DNA of 64,000 nt, taken from the NCBI GenBank assembly GCA_973895155.1, contig OZ316893.1, forward strand, positions 21,498,955 through 21,562,954, given 5' to 3'. This stretch comes from Marsupella aquatica (lineage: Eukaryota > Plantae > Marchantiophyta). A program made the translations under genes and the position numbers. Of the stretch, positions 59,720 through 64,000 are shown in pieces (positions within the stretch are counted from its first letter, which is position 1; each line of letters begins with the position of its first letter). The notes under the pieces are model-generated. The model was not told the origin of the DNA, searched no databases, and worked only from the letters and a program-made list of their open reading frames with translations.

Positions 59720-62700
59720 GTTTCGAAGCCTATTTGAAGGGCGCTTGGTGGGAGGTAGAGATCCATCAGCGGCGGCCATGGCCCGCAGGGGCAGAGAAGT
59801 TCCTCATTCGATATCTCGAGCTTAAGGACGAAGACGACGAATGGGTCTCCCTCGATTTTCTGCGACTTCGTGCCCGAATGACGGATGATTGGGACTGTAC
59901 CAACCTTAAAAAGGGAGTTGATGTCTCAGTCTCTGGTGTGCACCATCCCCAAGCGGAGCAGCACCGATCACCCACAACTATGGTAAACCGCAACCTCTCT
60001 AGCCGCCTTTGTTGCTTCTCTACCATCAGACCTGCACTGCAATTTTCAAGCATTGAACTTTTCGTTGTAAATTCGTCTTGCTACTTGCCTCAGCTTGTCT
60101 CATGTTTAGTGACTTCTGGCCTTTTGACGCCTTGGAATTCCCTTCCCTTGCTTCAATTGCGGATCTGCGGGCTTCCAGATCTTTGACATACAACGATGCT
60201 TTAGTGCTTGTTGACTTCGAACTCGGGGTCATCTGGTTCTTGTTATCTAGGAACTGTAAGACTTGATTTTCCTCACTTCTCGAGCATGTTGCCAGGCTGA
60301 GGTAGACGAAGTAGATGCACACGAGCCTTGTCTCCATCTTTTTCGTTCATCTTTTGGGATCGTTTGTACTTGCTCCCAAGACTCTGGATCCTGAACGATC
60401 ACACTCGATAATGTAACGCATTGATTAACTTGCCTTTTGGGGTGGGACTTTAGTAGCTCTATTTGTTGATAGTCATGATTTTGTAATTGGCAGGCTTCGT
60501 ACGATGCTAAGATCGTAAAAGTTTCGAAATCCAAGCATGACTTGGATTGCTGTTGCAAGTTCTTTGTTCAGTTTTATGTCATCAAGGATGGTGCCTCTTT
60601 TGTGCACGGAGTGAATAGGGCACTTGTGAAGAACCACCCAGCCAAGGAGGTAGATATATCAAAGTTGAGTATATTGCAGTATCCAGGAATAACACCTCTG
60701 CATGAAATACTCAAAGCTCACATTTCCACGAAGGCGGATGATCGACGGTGGTCTATCGATGCACTCTTCTTAAAGGAGACTGAGCTGAAAATTCTTAGAA
60801 GAGGAGAGGAAGAAAGCATGACCACTCCACGAGGTGCCTGCCTACCTGACGTGTCTGAGGAGGATCTAACAAATCCGGGTGGAAGACCGGGGACAGTAAA
60901 AGGCCAGCATTTTGGCGGAAGTAAATCACTTAAGTTTCCTGACGTAGAGACTGCTACTCAGTGTGGCAAAGGATGGGCTGATGCAGCTCAAAAAAATCCC
61001 AGAAGGGAAGTAAATGAAGTGGATCACCGAGGGATGAAGAACCCACAGATGAAGGATTTGAAGTATCCTGGCCGTGGATTGAAACGGAAGCACGAGCCCG
61101 TGGAAGAGAAAGTGATCAGCGACATTGAAGACTACTCCCCCGGCGTGAGCTCACGGTTTGCCAGATCGAAGGACATGGCACCTGGTGGGTCAAGGAGGTT
61201 AGACAAGAATTCAGGACAACGTGTGACTGGCCCTGGTCATCAGTCACTCCACAAAACTAGAGAACCCGTAGACCGGAAACGAGGAAGAAAGTTAAAGATG
61301 ACAGATAGTGAATCTTCTCCAGAAAGCTCTCCTGATCTCATTGAAAGTGACCATAACAGCGAGAGAGGGAGCAACCGTGAAGGGTTTTTCAAACGAGGAA
61401 GACGTGAAGAACAACAACCTGGGAAAGCCCATAGACATCATGAACACAGGAGCTCCAGATACGACCTTCACAAAGCTTCAGAGCCAGCGTTAAAGAACAA
61501 AAGTTACGGAAATAGCAAGCGAGGGCATTCTCCAGGTATGAAGTGGAAAGTCGAAGATAGAGATCGGGAGAGATATTATAATACCCAGAAAGCAGAGAAA
61601 CGGAGCTTGGATGGAAAGGATTCAAAACCAGACAAAATGCCTGGAGTAGAGAGTTCTGGACGTAGAAGAGGTCGTCCTAGAGGCCACACGGTAAAAAACG
61701 GTAAAGGATACGAATGGAGGGAGGAGAAAACTCCTCGAGATATGAACGACAATCTAGGTAGAGCCGAGTATTCTAAAGAACCTGGACTCGAGAGGAGTGG
61801 GAAACCCAATGCCGACTTTCAGTCCCCCAACAATGTCACTGCCTTCGGTGATAGCCAGGAGGTCGAAACTAGTCGGGAAATAGGGACAAGGGAAAATGAC
61901 AATCTTGCAGAGAGGATTGTGACAAAGAGGTCAAATGAAAGGCTGCAGAAACTGAGCCCTGCGAAGCCAACTACAAAGCAGAAAGAACATGGGAAACGAG
62001 GCAATGATCCAGCCTCGGCGAAGACGGATTTACATTTGTCATCATCAAGTCCAAACTCTGCAAGTGAACTTGGCTCTCAACAACTGAGAAAATTGAGGCC
62101 TCGCGTTCCTCTGAAGTCAAAGAAGTCTCTTCCGATTTCAAGCAAGTCTAATAAGATGCAGCGAGACGCAGACAAGGAAAATCTTGCTAAAGAGAAAGTT
62201 ATCGATAAGCCACCGCCACTCTACATGAATCTTTTGGTGAACAACTTTAAAGAGGGTGATGATACTCAAATGCAGCGTCCTACTAATGAAAAGAAACTTG
62301 ACGGCGGCCTCAATGACAGCTGGGATCCCGTGGTCGAGGACCTTCTTTCTGATGATTCAGATTGCAATATAGTTCCTGAGAGGAAATCTCTGCCGCAGAA
62401 GTTGTGGCAAGAGTTTGATGAACCAGCACCTGCAGTAAGTCTTCTGCCCAATACTCAATTGCCATTAGAGAATCTTGACAATATTTTCTCTGTGTACCCG
62501 ACCATTTCTGTATCCACTTTTCTCGTCCTTGGAATTCTTCCTCCCGGCTACTGCCAAGTCCATCTGGGACCATCTTGCCTTATTGCCTTGCCCATGTGGT
62601 AGATGGAGAAGAAAACATACAAAGTATGTCTACTGTGAAACTCAATGGAAAGGTGTTAAGTATGAGTTCATCTCGATGGTAAGAAACGGTCCTAAATATA

Positions 62701-64000
62701 ATTTAGCAAAAGTTGGAGAGTGATATGAGGCTGACTCACATTGGTCGACGAACCTTCCAGGTACTCTTAGAGCGGCTATTTACTGGTGGCTATCTGAAAG
62801 GACTCATGACAAGCTCAAATCTGGATAGTGGTAGAACATGTGGAAGACATTCCCAAATTTGTGTCTGTTGTAGTTGTATGTAAGGATGCTCCAAACTGCC
62901 TGAACGTTGCAGTTTGCCAAAGGGTCTTGAACAGTTTTCCTTGATGATAAGATAGGATCAACTGGATCAAACAGCACATGCCAATCTGCGCTCTGTGGAT
63001 TGACTTTTTGCCCATCTCTTTCGCAGTCTTCAGTTTTGCTTTTTGTGTAGGTTAGCACGGAGCAAGCCTTGCCGCTAACTTCACAAGAAGCTGGGCAACC
63101 TGAAGTGTTAGAATGCGATGGCGACATTGAGGGAATCAGATGTGAACACAAGAATCAATTATTCAAAGATGATGTCGGACAAGTTTGTATGAATTGTGGG
63201 ATTATCACAGATCGTATTGAGGATGTGGTTCCTCAAGTGGTAAGCGTTCACTGCTTGTCTTTTCCTTTCAATTCAGTGACTGAAGAACTCGACATTTAGA
63301 ACCATGAGTTTTTTTTATAACGTCCTAATGTCTCTATTTATTGGGTGGTTGTCATAGTCCTTGTTAGCGAAGCTGAATTTCTTTACAGGAATATCAGGGT
63401 CTCTATTGAGGTTGACTTGGATTGCACAGGAACTTCCTAAGCGCCGCCTTCGAGAGGCAGATCAGGATGAGTGGGATTTTGATAGATATTCTCCAGACGG
63501 AAACGAGGGAGCAGTAGGGTACGACCAGATCAAGAATGAGGAGGTTGTACCCATGCTGAATACATCTCTACCACCTCATTATGCCAAGCAAATGCATCCT
63601 CACCAAAAGGATGGTTTTGAGTTTCTCTGGAGGAACCTTGGCTTTGATGCACAAGGAAATTTGAGAACCAAGAGGGCAGATAGGAACGCAGGCTGCATCT
63701 TGTCCCATGCTCCCGGTACTGGCAAGTCCTTCCTGATTATTTCATTTTTAAAAAGCTACATGGATAGATTTCCTACTTGCCGGCCACTAATTGTGGCTCC
63801 CAAGATTATGCTTCTGCGCTGGCAGAAAGAGTTTGCAAGATGGAAATCAGACATCAAGGTTTTCATACTGAACACAGCACTCACTTCTGGGAAGAGGCTT
63901 CTGCAGAAGCATGAAGAAACTGGGGTTGTTAGTCTCAAAAGTCATCAAATGAATTCCAGATCACAACTTAATACCCTCAGGTCGGCTATTCTCTATGAAT
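59720..64000 (+). CDS. CLSY: CLASSY (CLSY1/2-like) SAWADEE-SNF2 chromatin remodeller, partial (start uncertain, 3' end beyond window)
   Basis: Exons approx. 59720-59982, 60494-62434, 63051-63239 and 63430-end. SAWADEE-like N-terminus (FEAYLKGAWWEV, LRLRAR..DCT.LKKGVDVSV, YDAKIVKV...H...CCCKFFVQFY). Cys/His motif CEH..FKDDVGQVCMNCG. SNF2 motifs MHPHQKDGFEFLWRNL, GCILSHAPGTGKSFLIISFL, RPLIVAPK..L..WQKEF..W. Confidence 0.88.

Overview
Land-plant nuclear DNA: GT-AG intron-containing genes, Ty1/copia elements and TTTAGGG telo-boxes; the lineage cannot be fixed from the sequence alone. Genes, all on the + strand: an ARID + C-terminal HSP20-like (alpha-crystallin) domain gene (~13.1-19.4 kb); two intact-looking EBP1/PA2G4 paralogues (32.3-35.4 kb and 45.7-48.9 kb); a gene with an intronless CDS encoding a multi-pass membrane protein whose motif series I recognise from an uncharacterised filamentous-fungal family (39.0-40.3 kb, candidate fungus-to-plant horizontal transfer); and the 5' part of a CLASSY-type SAWADEE-SNF2 remodeller that runs off the window end. 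Mobile DNA: two decayed full-length copia elements with target-site duplications (3637-9900 +, 24242-31133 -), two solo LTRs, a long-TIR MITE and Helitron-like ends. The 21-60 kb region looks like an old colinear tandem duplication [X-EBP1-Y-CLSY]. Copy 1 retains only a ~290-bp CLSY remnant and carries a ~5-kb extra segment holding the fungal-like gene. The copia LTRs are mosaics of exchangeable U3 and R-U5 modules. All identities and mismatch counts are by-eye estimates.
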